From an uncultured Nitrospiraceae bacterium (GTDB lineage Bacteria; Nitrospirota; Nitrospiria; Nitrospirales; Nitrospiraceae): a stretch of 64,000 nt of DNA. Location: the NCBI GenBank assembly GCA_963846575.1, contig CAWJWJ010000002.1:2336001-2400000 (forward strand). Direction: 5' to 3'. Each line of letters begins with the position of its first letter. Position 1 is the stretch's first letter. The notes beneath the pieces are model-generated. The model was given only the letters and a program-made list of their open reading frames with translations. It was not told where the DNA came from and ran no database searches. This document shows, piece by piece, positions 29,663 through 39,228 of this stretch. A program made the position numbers and the translations under genes.

Positions 29663-30986
29663 AGATCTTCCAGGTTTTCAGCAACTCCACCGCTTTTTGA
29701 AGCTGGAGGTCGTCCTCCATCGAAAGCTCTCCGCTCGCTTCCACCGTCGGGGCCGCACCATTCTTGTGGGCGGCATCCTCACCCGCCCTTGCTGAAGCCG
29801 GCACATCCTTTCCGCCTGGAGGCGCTTTAGCGGTTCTAGGATCTGCCTCTTTCCCATCCTTTTCGCCTGCCTTGGCAACAGTCTGTCCCTGAAGCTTAAC
29901 CACGATATCCGGCGTAATACCGGTCGACTGGATGGAACGCCCCTTCGGTGTATAGTACTTGGCGGTCGTAAGACGAAGGCCGGATCCGTCGCCCAAGGGC
30001 AGAATTGTCTGCACGGATCCCTTGCCGAACGAGGTGGTCCCGACAATGACGGCCCGGCCCCAATCCTGTAAGGCACCTGCCACAATCTCCGATGCGCTGG
30101 CGGACCCTTCATTCACCAGAATAATCATCGGGGAGTCTTCAAGGGTTTCCTTGGTCTTGGAAAACCATTCGTCTTTCTTCCCCTCGCGGCCCTTCGTGTA
30201 CACGATTAATTTCCCGTTTCCGACGAACTGTTCTGAAACATCCACGGCGGCGGTCAACAAGCCACCCGGGTTGTTCCGAAGGTCGAGGACGGTACCCTGA
30301 ACCTTCTGTTCCTTGAATTGCTTGAGGGCGCGGCTCAGATCTCTTCCCGTCGCTTCCTGGAACTGCGTCAATCGCACGTATCCAATCGTGTTATCGATCA
30401 CTTTAGACTTCACGCTCTCGATCTTGATGGTGTCCCGCACGAGCGAGAATGCCAGAGGATCTGTAGTGCCGTCCCGTTGGATCGTAAGATTCACCTTCGT
30501 GCCTTTTGGCCCGCGCATTTTTTGCACCGCATCCATCAAGGTCAGATCTTTGGTGGGTTCATCGTTGACCTTGGTAATGAAATCGCCGGCCTTGATTCCA
30601 GCCCGGTGCGCCGGAGTCCCTTCGATGGGCGCGATAACGGCCAACCGATTCTCCTTCACGCCGATCTGGATCCCCACGCCGCCGAACTCACCTTTGGTCT
30701 CGACCTGCATTTCTTTGTACATGTCAGGCGTCATGTAGGCCGAATGCGGGTCTAGCGTCGAGAGCATCCCCCGGATTGCGCCCTGGACAAGATCCTTGAC
30801 CTTCGTGTCATCGACATAGTGCTTTTGCACCTGCGTCAAGACTTCGGAAAACGTGCGGAGTTCTTCGTAGGTTTCGGAGGCATGGCCGGTCCGTTCCAAG
30901 CCCTTTTCCAGCACAATCCCAATCCCCAGGGCTACTGTGACCATCAGCAAGAGATATAACCACCGCCGGCTTCGCCGCTGTTCCAT
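29640..30986 (-). CDS. ctpA: S41 carboxyl-terminal processing protease
   Basis: LDPHS, PDZ GGVGI, DLRNNPGG, SASASE and FGKGSVQ. Confidence 0.95.
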   Translation of the reverse strand: MEQRRSRRWLYLLLMVTVALGIGIVLEKGLERTGHASETYEELRTFSEVLTQVQKHYVDDTKVKDLVQGAIRGMLSTLDPHSAYMTPDMYKEMQVETKGEFGGVGIQIGVKENRLAVIAPIEGTPAHRAGIKAGDFITKVNDEPTKDLTLMDAVQKMRGPKGTKVNLTIQRDGTTDPLAFSLVRDTIKIESVKSKVIDNTIGYVRLTQFQEATGRDLSRALKQFKEQKVQGTVLDLRNNPGGLLTAAVDVSEQFVGNGKLIVYTKGREGKKDEWFSKTKETLEDSPMIILVNEGSASASEIVAGALQDWGRAVIVGTTSFGKGSVQTILPLGDGSGLRLTTAKYYTPKGRSIQSTGITPDIVVKLQGQTVAKAGEKDGKEADPRTAKAPPGGKDVPASARAGEDAAHKNGAAPTVEASGELSMEDDLQLQKAVELLKTWKIFKELRPA

Positions 30987-31011
30987 AACGTAAGTTCCTT
31001 CCTTCCGAGAC

Positions 31012-32208
31012 CTACCGTTTTGAAAGCCAGACCAGGGGGTCCACGGGCTCGGCCCCCTCCCGCAGTTCAAAATAAAGCGTATTCTCCCCTGTCATGCCCG
31101 TATCTCCCGTCTCACCAATCGCCGCCCCGGCTTCGATCTTGCTTCCCACGGACGTCAGAATTTTCGATGCGTGGGCGTAAAGGGAGAAAACTCCATTGGC
31201 ATGATCCACAATTATAACGAGTCCGTAGCCTTTCAACCAGTCCGCATATACGACTTGGCCGGCCAGCACCGACCGTATATTACTCCCTTCTGCCGCGCGA
31301 ATCTCAATCCCTTTTCGTTGAATATACGTGTTAAAAGTCGGATGTTTCTGCCTGCCAAAATACGAGACGACCTGACCATCCGTGGGCCATAGCAAGGTAC
31401 CTCGCAACGCCTTTAGCCCTCCCGCTCCCGTCTGGGGGCGCGTGGCCAATGCCGCGCGGCGCCGGTTCTCCAATTCCTTCAACAGGCTATCCACCCGCGC
31501 AGCAGAACGCTCGAGTTCTTGTACCGCCCGATCATGGGACTCTTTTTCCTGAGTTATTTTGGCAAGATAGACCCTCTTCTCTTTCTTGAGTCCCTGGATC
31601 TTGGCCAACTTTTCCTCTGTGCTGATTTTATAGGCTACAATGCCCTGCCGTGCCTCCGCCCTGCTCCGTTCGACCTCTGCAATCCGTTCCGCATCTTTCC
31701 GATATGTCTCCATGATGTCGTACTCTCGTCGGGTCACGGCCGAAAGGTACCGCAACCGCCGCTGAAAATCTCCGGATGAGTTGGCGGCGAGCAGCGTCTT
31801 CAGATGCCAAAACCGCCCCTCGATGTACTGCATCCGCAAGCGAGCAGCAATGGCGTCCTGTCGCTCATCGATACGCTCCGAGAGGCGACTGAGCTGTACG
31901 TTCATATGCTCGATTTCCAAGTCCTTTTTCTTGAGCTTCTTGCGGATCTCCTGATGCTCCTGTCGATAACGGACGAGACGTTCATCCAGCGACTGGAGGC
32001 CCTGCAGGACAGAGTCGCGTTTCTTCCCCGCTTCATCCGACTTTTTTCGTTTCTCGACGATCGTGCCACGGAGCTTTTCCAGGGCCTTTTTTTCCTGTTC
32101 GATTTTGTCCGCGTATGAATCCTTGCGTTCCGCGGAAGCGGATGAGGGGGGCAGCCCCAGGCTCAGCGAGAGGATCCCTATGATGAATCCCCACCGACCC
32201 CAGGTCAT
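31012..32208 (-). CDS. envC: Murein hydrolase activator EnvC-like (coiled coil plus degenerate M23)
   Basis: Long coiled coil, KGIEI, YAH and LYFELR; follows ftsEX. Confidence 0.88.
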   Translation of the reverse strand: MTWGRWGFIIGILSLSLGLPPSSASAERKDSYADKIEQEKKALEKLRGTIVEKRKKSDEAGKKRDSVLQGLQSLDERLVRYRQEHQEIRKKLKKKDLEIEHMNVQLSRLSERIDERQDAIAARLRMQYIEGRFWHLKTLLAANSSGDFQRRLRYLSAVTRREYDIMETYRKDAERIAEVERSRAEARQGIVAYKISTEEKLAKIQGLKKEKRVYLAKITQEKESHDRAVQELERSAARVDSLLKELENRRRAALATRPQTGAGGLKALRGTLLWPTDGQVVSYFGRQKHPTFNTYIQRKGIEIRAAEGSNIRSVLAGQVVYADWLKGYGLVIIVDHANGVFSLYAHASKILTSVGSKIEAGAAIGETGDTGMTGENTLYFELREGAEPVDPLVWLSKR

Positions 32209-33104
32209 GTGCGTCCCTCTCCAAACCGTAACAACGAGAGGAAACTACCGGCAAAGCCCAGAAACAGTCCCACAAGCACCAGGACGAGACACATCTCCAG
32301 CGGAAAAAACGTCAGTAATGCATCGACCCCGAGGAATCGGGTGGCGGAACCGATTTCATGGCGAAATAACTCAAACCCGGCCTTGAGAATCACCAGGGAC
32401 AGGGCACTCCCCAGAAGGCCCAGCGCGGCGCCTTCGAGCAGATACGGCACGCGAATGAAGGTCGTACTCGCCCCGATCATACCGAGAATTTCGATTTCTT
32501 CGCGCCGCGAGTAGAGGGCCAACCGGATCGTGTTCGCAATGATGGTGACCGAGGCCGCCGATAGAATGACGCCTACGATAATGGCAGCCGCCTCGATGTA
32601 GGTAACCATGCTGGCTAAGGCCTCGACCCAGGCTTGATTATACTGAACCTGCCCGACACCGGGGATCAACTGCGCGCGATCGGCCCACCGTCTCATGGCA
32701 TCGGACGAACGGGACAACGGCGCCAGGGTCACCACAAACGATGCCGGCAAGGGGTTCTGTCCAAGCCCCTGCAGAAGATGGGACTCCCCGGGAAACTGAA
32801 CCTGAAAATCAGCCAGCGCCTGTTCCTTGGACACAAAGCTGACCGAATCCACTGCCCGATCGGCTTGTAATTGTTGCTCGATCTCGCTCCTCATTTGGCC
32901 GGTCACATCGTCCTGAAGGTAGACCATAACCTGTATATCTCGTTCCAGGGACGAAGCCATGGCTCGCAGGTTCACGTAGAGCAGCAAAAACACTCCGACA
33001 CATGCGAAGGTGAAGGCAGTGGTCGCCACCGCGACGACCGTGGTGGTCCGGTTGGTCAACACATTGGCCAGCGCCTCCCGCAGCAGATACGAGAGACGTC
33101 TCAT
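32205..33104 (-). CDS. ftsX: Cell division permease FtsX
   Basis: NPLPAS, NTIRLALYSRREEIEI, GA and PYLLEG motifs. Confidence 0.93.
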   Translation of the reverse strand: MRRLSYLLREALANVLTNRTTTVVAVATTAFTFACVGVFLLLYVNLRAMASSLERDIQVMVYLQDDVTGQMRSEIEQQLQADRAVDSVSFVSKEQALADFQVQFPGESHLLQGLGQNPLPASFVVTLAPLSRSSDAMRRWADRAQLIPGVGQVQYNQAWVEALASMVTYIEAAAIIVGVILSAASVTIIANTIRLALYSRREEIEILGMIGASTTFIRVPYLLEGAALGLLGSALSLVILKAGFELFRHEIGSATRFLGVDALLTFFPLEMCLVLVLVGLFLGFAGSFLSLLRFGEGRT

Positions 33105-33769
33105 GTCGACACCTGGTCGTGGGACACCAGCTTCCCGTGATCAAGCGTGATGACCCGGCGATTCACTTGAGCCAGTACGTTGGGATCGTGGGTTGCGACG
33201 ATCACGGTCGTGCCCCGGGCGTTGATCGATTTGAAGAGTTCGATGATTTCACTGGTCAGGTCCGGATCCAGATTGCCCGTCGGTTCATCGGCCAGCAACA
33301 CAATCGGCCCGTTCACAATCGCGCGGGCGATGCAGATCCGCTGTTGCTCACCCGTCGAGAGACCGGGAGGAAAGAGATCTTTCTTATGATCCAACCCGAC
33401 CGAGCGCAACGCCTCCGTCACTTTTCGCCGGATCTCGCCATTTGCGGCACCTTGAACCAATAAGGGCAGTGACACATTGTCGAAGATGGTTTTCTTAGGC
33501 AAGAGCCTGAAGTCTTGGAGAACGACTCCTATTTTTCGGCGCAGCAGGGGAATTTCAGACGGACGCAGCTTCGCTAAACTGCGTCCCTGTATCAGCACTT
33601 GTCCTTCCTCTGGCCGCTCCGCTCCGATCAAAAGCTTTAAGAGGGTCGACTTTCCGGCCCCGCTTGGACCCATGAGGAGAACAAACTCTCCCTTCTCGAC
33701 CTCGAGCGTTATGTCCGAGAGCGCCACATGGCGGTCGTATTTTTTTGAGACGTGAAAGAGTTGAATCAT
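33101..33769 (-). CDS. ftsE: Cell division ATP-binding protein FtsE
   Basis: GPSGAGKST, QDFRLL, LSTGEQQR and ADEPTGNLD. Confidence 0.94.
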   Translation of the reverse strand: MIQLFHVSKKYDRHVALSDITLEVEKGEFVLLMGPSGAGKSTLLKLLIGAERPEEGQVLIQGRSLAKLRPSEIPLLRRKIGVVLQDFRLLPKKTIFDNVSLPLLVQGAANGEIRRKVTEALRSVGLDHKKDLFPPGLSTGEQQRICIARAIVNGPIVLLADEPTGNLDPDLTSEIIELFKSINARGTTVIVATHDPNVLAQVNRRVITLDHGKLVSHDQVST

Positions 33770-33808
33770 GGATGGGCACAACGATGACAAATCTGCCGGA
33801 GTAATGAC

Positions 33809-33836
33809 GCGGGCCCTCCGAGCATGGAGGGCCCGC
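33809..33836. other. Perfect 11-bp GC-rich hairpin between yraN and ftsE (terminator-like or mRNA-stabilising)
   Basis: GCGGGCCCTCC-gagcat-GGAGGGCCCGC; no clear U-tract. Confidence 0.55.
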
Positions 33837-33868
33837 TCACGCAGGTAACTTCGGGGCCGTCGCTCATC

Positions 33869-34255
33869 CTACCATCGCAGATCATCCCCTTCGAGGTCGA
33901 ATGCATTCGCAATATGGAGCACGCGTTCAGTCGTGTTGTCATCGTCCTGAATAAATACGACGTCGAAACGGCAGGGACGATCCCGAATACGATGCTGCAC
34001 GAGATACTGGGTGGCCAGCTGAATCAACTTGGCGCGTTTTCGCCTGTCAATTGCCTCCACCGCGCCCCCAAACGCCTTCGTGCGTCGCCGTTTGACTTCC
34101 ACGAATACCAGGACGCCTCGATCATCGGCAACAAGGTCCAGTTCGCCCAACGAGGAACGTACTTTGCGGCCCAAAATTCGAAAACCGCGCTGTCGAAGGT
34201 ACGCCTCCGCATATCCCTCTCCCTCATCGCCTACTATACGACGTTGGTCGCGCAT
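33869..34255 (-). CDS. yraN: YraN (UPF0102) family endonuclease-like protein
   Basis: GDEGE...GELDLVA...FVEVK...RFDV pattern. Confidence 0.92.
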   Translation of the reverse strand: MRDQRRIVGDEGEGYAEAYLRQRGFRILGRKVRSSLGELDLVADDRGVLVFVEVKRRRTKAFGGAVEAIDRRKRAKLIQLATQYLVQHRIRDRPCRFDVVFIQDDDNTTERVLHIANAFDLEGDDLRW

Positions 34256-34273
34256 CGAAGAGTGTCGGCTGTA

Positions 34274-34951
34274 TTACATGCCGTCAGTAGCCGATTGATC
34301 GTAGGCGGCCCTATTGCCCGCCAGGAGATGTTGAACGGGAGCAAAGGTACGGCGGTGAATCGCACAGGGTCCGTGTTGCCGAAGCAGGCGAAGATGCTCG
34401 GGGGTGCTATACCCCTTATGCTCGGCAAATTTGTATTGAGGGTACCAGCGGTGATACTCGATCATTAATCGATCCCGCGTCACTTTGGCAATGATCGAGG
34501 CCGCCGCGATAGAACAGGACAGCCCATCGCCATTGATAATGGGGCGCTGCGGAACCGAGAGCCCGGGAATCGTGACGGCATCCAGCAGCAGAAAGTCCGA
34601 GCGGAGAGGCAGCGCCCGCAAGGCGCGCCGCATCGCCAATCGAGTCGCTTCGAGAATATTCAGGCGATCGATCTCCGCCTCACTGGCCGATCCTAGGCCG
34701 ATACCCCTCGCTCGACGCACGATTTCGGCGAAGAGGCGAACACGATCCGCTTCGCCGACCTGCTTGGAATCATCCAACCCAGACAGAGTGCAGCGGCGCG
34801 GCAAGACCACTGCGGCCGCGACGACGGGGCCGGCGAGAGGTCCACGTCCAGCCTCATCGAGTCCGGCTATAAGCCGGTACCCACAGCACCTGGCTTCCAC
34901 CTCAAACTCCTCGGTGGGGCCCCCTGTCGCCGGGTTCGGAGTGCCAACCAA
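34274..34951 (-). CDS. rnhB: Ribonuclease HII
   Basis: GLDEAGRGPLAGP, DDSK, SIAAASIIAKVTRD and HKGY. Confidence 0.96.
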   Translation of the reverse strand: MVGTPNPATGGPTEEFEVEARCCGYRLIAGLDEAGRGPLAGPVVAAAVVLPRRCTLSGLDDSKQVGEADRVRLFAEIVRRARGIGLGSASEAEIDRLNILEATRLAMRRALRALPLRSDFLLLDAVTIPGLSVPQRPIINGDGLSCSIAAASIIAKVTRDRLMIEYHRWYPQYKFAEHKGYSTPEHLRLLRQHGPCAIHRRTFAPVQHLLAGNRAAYDQSATDGM

Positions 34952-35000
34952 ACGTGCGCCTCTGCCTTACTGTCAGTTGGAAATCAGCACGAACGATCGA

Positions 35001-35414
35001 TCAGGCCTTCGCGGCTTCAGCGGTTTCCGCCGCCGCCAGCTTGGCTGCGATCTGTGCTTTGCTTTCGGCTTTGAACTCGCGCTCTTCTACCTTCGCAAAC
35101 TTGCCTTTTTTCGTACGGAGATAGTAGAGCTTGGCTCGTCTGACGCGACCCTGACGCATCACATCGACTTTCGCCACGTTGGGCGAATGGATGGGGAACG
35201 TCCGCTCGACGCCGACATTATAGGACAGCTTACGTACCGTGAAGGTTTCGCTATTCAGCGTCCCTTTCCGGGCAATAACAGTCCCCTCATAAACCTGGAT
35301 GCGCTCTTTTTCACCCTCGACGACCTTCACATGGACACGAACGGTATCCCCGATCTCGAACTTGGGCACCGTCTTTTTGGTTAAGGATCGCTGGATCCGC
35401 TCTAGCCGGTTCAT
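35001..35414 (-). CDS. rplS: 50S ribosomal protein L19
   Basis: GDTVRVH, RIQVYEG, GVERTF and [10 protein letters not shown]. Confidence 0.98.
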   Translation of the reverse strand: MNRLERIQRSLTKKTVPKFEIGDTVRVHVKVVEGEKERIQVYEGTVIARKGTLNSETFTVRKLSYNVGVERTFPIHSPNVAKVDVMRQGRVRRAKLYYLRTKKGKFAKVEEREFKAESKAQIAAKLAAAETAEAAKA

Positions 35415-35432
35415 AGTCTTTCTCTCCTCCTC

Positions 35433-36206
35433 TCAACGAACAGGTACTTGTACAAGACTCTCTTGCATCACTTCACTCAACAACCGTCGGTCCTCTACTC
35501 CTAACTCACACTCCCGCAACAAATCCGGCCGTTTCAAATAGGTATTCCGCAACGCTTCCTTACGGCGCCACAGTCGGATGGCTTCATGGTGGCCGGACAC
35601 CAGGACCTCCGGCACCGCCATCCCTCGCACTTCCGCTGGCCTGGTATAATGCGGATATTCCAACAGCCCGTCGGCGAAGGACTCCTCAACAGCAGAGGCC
35701 GCATCCCCCAGCACGCCAGGAATCAAACGCGCTGCGGCATCGATCATCACCAAAGCCGCCAGTTCCCCTCCCGTCAGCACATAATCGCCGATCGAGATTT
35801 CCTCGGAACCCAGCACCAACTGAACACGCTCGTCGATACCTTCGTAATGGCCGCAAAGAAACACCACCACCCGCTCTTCGTCGGCCAAGGACTGCGCCAG
35901 AGCCTGCGTAAACGGACGTCCCTGCGGAGAGGGCACAATCACCCGCAACGTCGCTCCGGGATCCGACGTCCGGCAGGCAGCCCGCACACTGTCGACTGCC
36001 TGCAATATCGGCTCGGCTTTCATGACCATCCCGGCGCCACCGCCGTAGGGCACATCATCTGCGGTCTTGTGCCGGTCGAAGGTGTGATCGCGTAAATTTT
36101 GAACGGATACCTTCAGTAACCCCTTCTCTTGGGCTCGTTTGAGGATACTCTGGCCAAGGACCGGGGCCACCATGTCCGGAAACAATGTCAGGACGGCGCA
36201 GCGCAT
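35433..36206 (-). CDS. trmD: tRNA (guanine-N1)-methyltransferase
   Basis: TLFP, DDVPYGGGAGM, CGHYEGIDER, SIGDYVLTGGE and YTRP. Confidence 0.97.
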   Translation of the reverse strand: MRCAVLTLFPDMVAPVLGQSILKRAQEKGLLKVSVQNLRDHTFDRHKTADDVPYGGGAGMVMKAEPILQAVDSVRAACRTSDPGATLRVIVPSPQGRPFTQALAQSLADEERVVVFLCGHYEGIDERVQLVLGSEEISIGDYVLTGGELAALVMIDAAARLIPGVLGDAASAVEESFADGLLEYPHYTRPAEVRGMAVPEVLVSGHHEAIRLWRRKEALRNTYLKRPDLLRECELGVEDRRLLSEVMQESLVQVPVR

Positions 36207-36207
36207 C

Positions 36208-36735
36208 TTACAGATCTCCAAAGCCTTCCGGCAATCGAACCGTCATGACTCGACCCGTCACGTCCACCCCTACCACCACTTGTTTCGCTGCGGGAATCAG
36301 GACCTCGTTTCCATCCTGTCGAACGACGAACGCCTGGTTGTCGGACAGGTCCAACACGCCTTCCAGATGACCCAGCACCGTGCCCGCTTCATCTTTCACG
36401 AGCATGCCGATCAAATCACATTGATAGTACTGATCGGCCGGTAGAGCCGGCGAGTCTCCTCGCGGAACTTGAAGAAATCCTCCGCGAAACTCGGCGACCT
36501 GTTCGGGAGTCGTGAACGCTTCGAATCCCATAATCCACGTCGGACCGCCAGGCCGCACGTGGGTCACGACCGTATCGATGCTCTTTCCTCCGGGACCCGC
36601 AATCGTCACCTGTCGGAGCGACTCGAGCCGTCCCGGTACGTCAGTGAGCGAACGCACCCGCGCCTCGCCTCTCACCCCGAAGGAGCGCTCTATCCGTCCA
36701 ACCGTGACAAGCTCCGCTTGATCGAGCATCGCCAT
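36208..36735 (-). CDS. rimM: 16S rRNA processing protein RimM
   Basis: FGVRGE, YYQCDLIG and LIPA; synteny with rpsP and trmD. Confidence 0.93.
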   Translation of the reverse strand: MAMLDQAELVTVGRIERSFGVRGEARVRSLTDVPGRLESLRQVTIAGPGGKSIDTVVTHVRPGGPTWIMGFEAFTTPEQVAEFRGGFLQVPRGDSPALPADQYYQCDLIGMLVKDEAGTVLGHLEGVLDLSDNQAFVVRQDGNEVLIPAAKQVVVGVDVTGRVMTVRLPEGFGDL

Positions 36736-36745
36736 GTGAGTCGTG

Positions 36746-37054
36746 CTACTTCGCGCTTTTTTCAGTCTTCTCAGGTTTCTGGGTCTTCTCCGCCTTCTCC
36801 GTCTCGAACTGCTTCCAAACGCCGTGCCGCTTGAGCAGCGTTCGCACGGTCACAGTGGGCTGAGCGCCATGCCGCAACCAGTTCAACACACGTTCCGACT
36901 TCAATACCGGGACCGCCGGATCCTTTAACGGATCGAAAATGCCGAGAATCTCCAGAAACCGTCCGTCACGTGGTTTTCGTGAGTCCGCCGCAATCACCCG
37001 ATACATCGGCCGCTTGTGTCGTCCCGTCCGTGCTAACCGTAAATGAACTGCCAT
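36746..37054 (-). CDS. rpsP: 30S ribosomal protein S16
   Basis: RLARTG, RDGRFLE and WLRHGAQPT; K/E-rich tail. Confidence 0.97.
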   Translation of the reverse strand: MAVHLRLARTGRHKRPMYRVIAADSRKPRDGRFLEILGIFDPLKDPAVPVLKSERVLNWLRHGAQPTVTVRTLLKRHGVWKQFETEKAEKTQKPEKTEKSAK

Positions 37055-37166
37055 CTAAACCTCCTTCACTGAGTGCGCTGTCAAGCCATCGGCTGTGTGC
37101 GCTCGGTTATTGCTCGCTCATCATCCACGCAGCCTTATGCCGCATGCCTGTATCCACTTCCCCACA

Positions 37167-38513
37167 TCACATTCCACGAAACATTTGCGCCAACTGCCGC
37201 CGGCCACCGGATCCCGACATCACCTTGGCGATTTTCCGGGCCTGCAAAAACTGTTTGATTAACCGATTCACCTCTTGCACGCTCGTGCCGCTACCGCGGG
37301 CAATCCGCTTCTTCCGGCTGCCGTTGATCACCGTATGGTCTCGCCGTTCCCGCACGGTCATGGAGTCGATCATCGCGGCAACCCGTTTCATTTCCTTTTC
37401 CGGCAGTCCGTTGTTTGCCAGGTCTTTCAACTTTTGTCCTCCCGGCAACATCCCCAGAATCTGCTCGAACGATCCCAACCGATTCATCTGTCCGAGTTGA
37501 GACCGGAAGTCCTCCAGCGTGAAGGTATTGCTGGTCAGTTTCTTTTGAGCGGCTTCGGCCTCTTCACGAGAGAATGTTTCCTGTGCCTTTTCAATTAAGG
37601 AGAGCACATCACCCATGCCAAGAATCCGCGAGGCCATCCGGTCGGGATGGAACGGTTCCAGCGCATCAAGCTTCTCCCCCATACCGAGAAACTTGATCGG
37701 CTTCCCCGTGACAGCCCGGATCGACAGCACAGCACCGCCGCGAGCATCGCCTTCGACCTTCGTCAAGATGACACCTGTCAGCCCGACCTGCCGGTCGAAC
37801 TGGCCGGCCATGTTCACGGCGTCCTGCCCGGTCATGGCATCAGCAACCAGCAGCACCTCATGAGGGGAGACCGACTGCTTGACCGCCCCGAGTTCGGCCA
37901 TTAATTCTTCATCGACATGCAAGCGGCCGCCGGTGTCGAGCAGGATGATGTCGTACCCCTGCTCCTGTCCTCGCTGCACCCCTCGTTCGCAAATGCGCAC
38001 CACATCGGCGCGGGAGGCATCGGCCTGGTCGAACCGATGAACTTCGATGCCTAGATCCTGCCCCAAACTGGCTAGCTGATCGCCGGCAGCAGGCCGTCGC
38101 GGATCCGCCGCCACGAGCAACACGCGTTTCCCCTGGCTCTTGAACAATCGGGCCAACTTGCCCGAAGTAGTCGTTTTTCCGGCTCCTTGGAGTCCCACCA
38201 TCATGATGACTGTAGGCGGCTTGGAGGCGAGACTAATACCCGACCGTTCACCGCCCATCATGCCGCGAAGTTCGTCCCAGACAACCTTGACGACTTGATG
38301 GCCGGGAGTGAGACTTTTCAGGACTTCCTGACCGACCGCCTTCTCACGAACCCTATCCAGAAACTCCTTGACGACTTTGAAATTGACGTCGGCTTCCAGC
38401 AGCGCGAGACGCACTTCCTTCAATGCCTCAGCGATATTCTCCTCGGAAAGGACACCCTGCCCGCGGAGCTTCTTGAGAATCCGTTCGAATTTTTCGCTTA
38501 ACGCGTCCAGCAC
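37167..38513 (-). CDS. ffh: Signal recognition particle protein
   Basis: ALLEADV, GLQGAGKTT, DTGGR, DARGG and M-domain SRKKRIARGSG. Confidence 0.97.
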   Translation of the reverse strand: MLDALSEKFERILKKLRGQGVLSEENIAEALKEVRLALLEADVNFKVVKEFLDRVREKAVGQEVLKSLTPGHQVVKVVWDELRGMMGGERSGISLASKPPTVIMMVGLQGAGKTTTSGKLARLFKSQGKRVLLVAADPRRPAAGDQLASLGQDLGIEVHRFDQADASRADVVRICERGVQRGQEQGYDIILLDTGGRLHVDEELMAELGAVKQSVSPHEVLLVADAMTGQDAVNMAGQFDRQVGLTGVILTKVEGDARGGAVLSIRAVTGKPIKFLGMGEKLDALEPFHPDRMASRILGMGDVLSLIEKAQETFSREEAEAAQKKLTSNTFTLEDFRSQLGQMNRLGSFEQILGMLPGGQKLKDLANNGLPEKEMKRVAAMIDSMTVRERRDHTVINGSRKKRIARGSGTSVQEVNRLIKQFLQARKIAKVMSGSGGRRQLAQMFRGM

Positions 38514-38597
38514 CAGTCACCAAAAAAAAGGCCATCGAAGCCCGGTTCGAGCCAGATCTCCGATCGCCTCGAAATATCTAAAAAAATAGCATCGGGC

Positions 38598-38627
38598 AGT
38601 CTATAGAAGCGGGCGGCATGAAGTCAA
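38598..38627 (-). promoter_or_regulatory. Putative promoter for the ffh-rpsP operon
   Basis: Minus strand reads TTGACT-N18-TAGACT. Confidence 0.45.
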
Positions 38628-38850
38628 GATACTCGGGCCTCACACCGCAGCACGTTGCGACGCCCTGCCTGTGAAGCCTCCCCCTGAGAAGTCGAACGAA
38701 TCAGCGCCGTCCAGACATCGGGAGAACTTCTTCCAAGAGAATCTCTTCTCGCTGATCCCCCGCTGCAGTGAAAACTTCCTGGGAAGCTCTATGCTGCAGG
38801 GTACCCCTATCCCTGGCATAGTGGGATGCTAGCAGCTGGCATGCATTTTG

Positions 38851-38879
38851 TTGACATCATTTTATGCTTCCGATATGGT
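38851..38879 (+). promoter_or_regulatory. Putative sigma70 promoter for the small membrane protein gene
   Basis: TTGACA-N17-TATGGT. Confidence 0.55.
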
Positions 38880-38929
38880 GCCCGACGTCGGCACACGGAC
38901 CGACAAATCCAACCCAGGAGAGACAACGG

Positions 38930-39190
38930 ATGAGAAAATCGATCGGCGTCCTGCTGATCTTTATCCTGATCGGCGGAATGCTGGGCGGGATTTTTGGAGA
39001 AATTCTTCGAGTGATGGCTCCTAACGGTACCATTCAAAACATTTTCGCCGGTAACTTTTCCCCGGGAATCAACCCTCCGCTCACCATTGACCTCGTCCTT
39101 CTCAAATTGACTTTCGGCTTCAGTATTCGGGTCAGTCTGCTCAGCGTGCTCGGAATGTTTCTCGGAGCCTATCTGTATAAACAGATGTAA
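38930..39190 (+). CDS. Small membrane protein (DUF4321-like)
   Basis: AGGAG RBS; TM helix, then TIDLVLLKLTFGFSIRVSLLSVLG pattern. Confidence 0.75.
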   Translation: MRKSIGVLLIFILIGGMLGGIFGEILRVMAPNGTIQNIFAGNFSPGINPPLTIDLVLLKLTFGFSIRVSLLSVLGMFLGAYLYKQM

Positions 39191-39228
39191 CGAAACTTGA
39201 CATTCGCCCGTCCGGATGGCCCCTTTTC

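Noticed and set aside
38514..38929. SRP RNA (ffs) or another ncRNA next to ffh
   Set aside because: I could not find the conserved SRP domain IV motif; the region is adequately explained by two divergent promoters.
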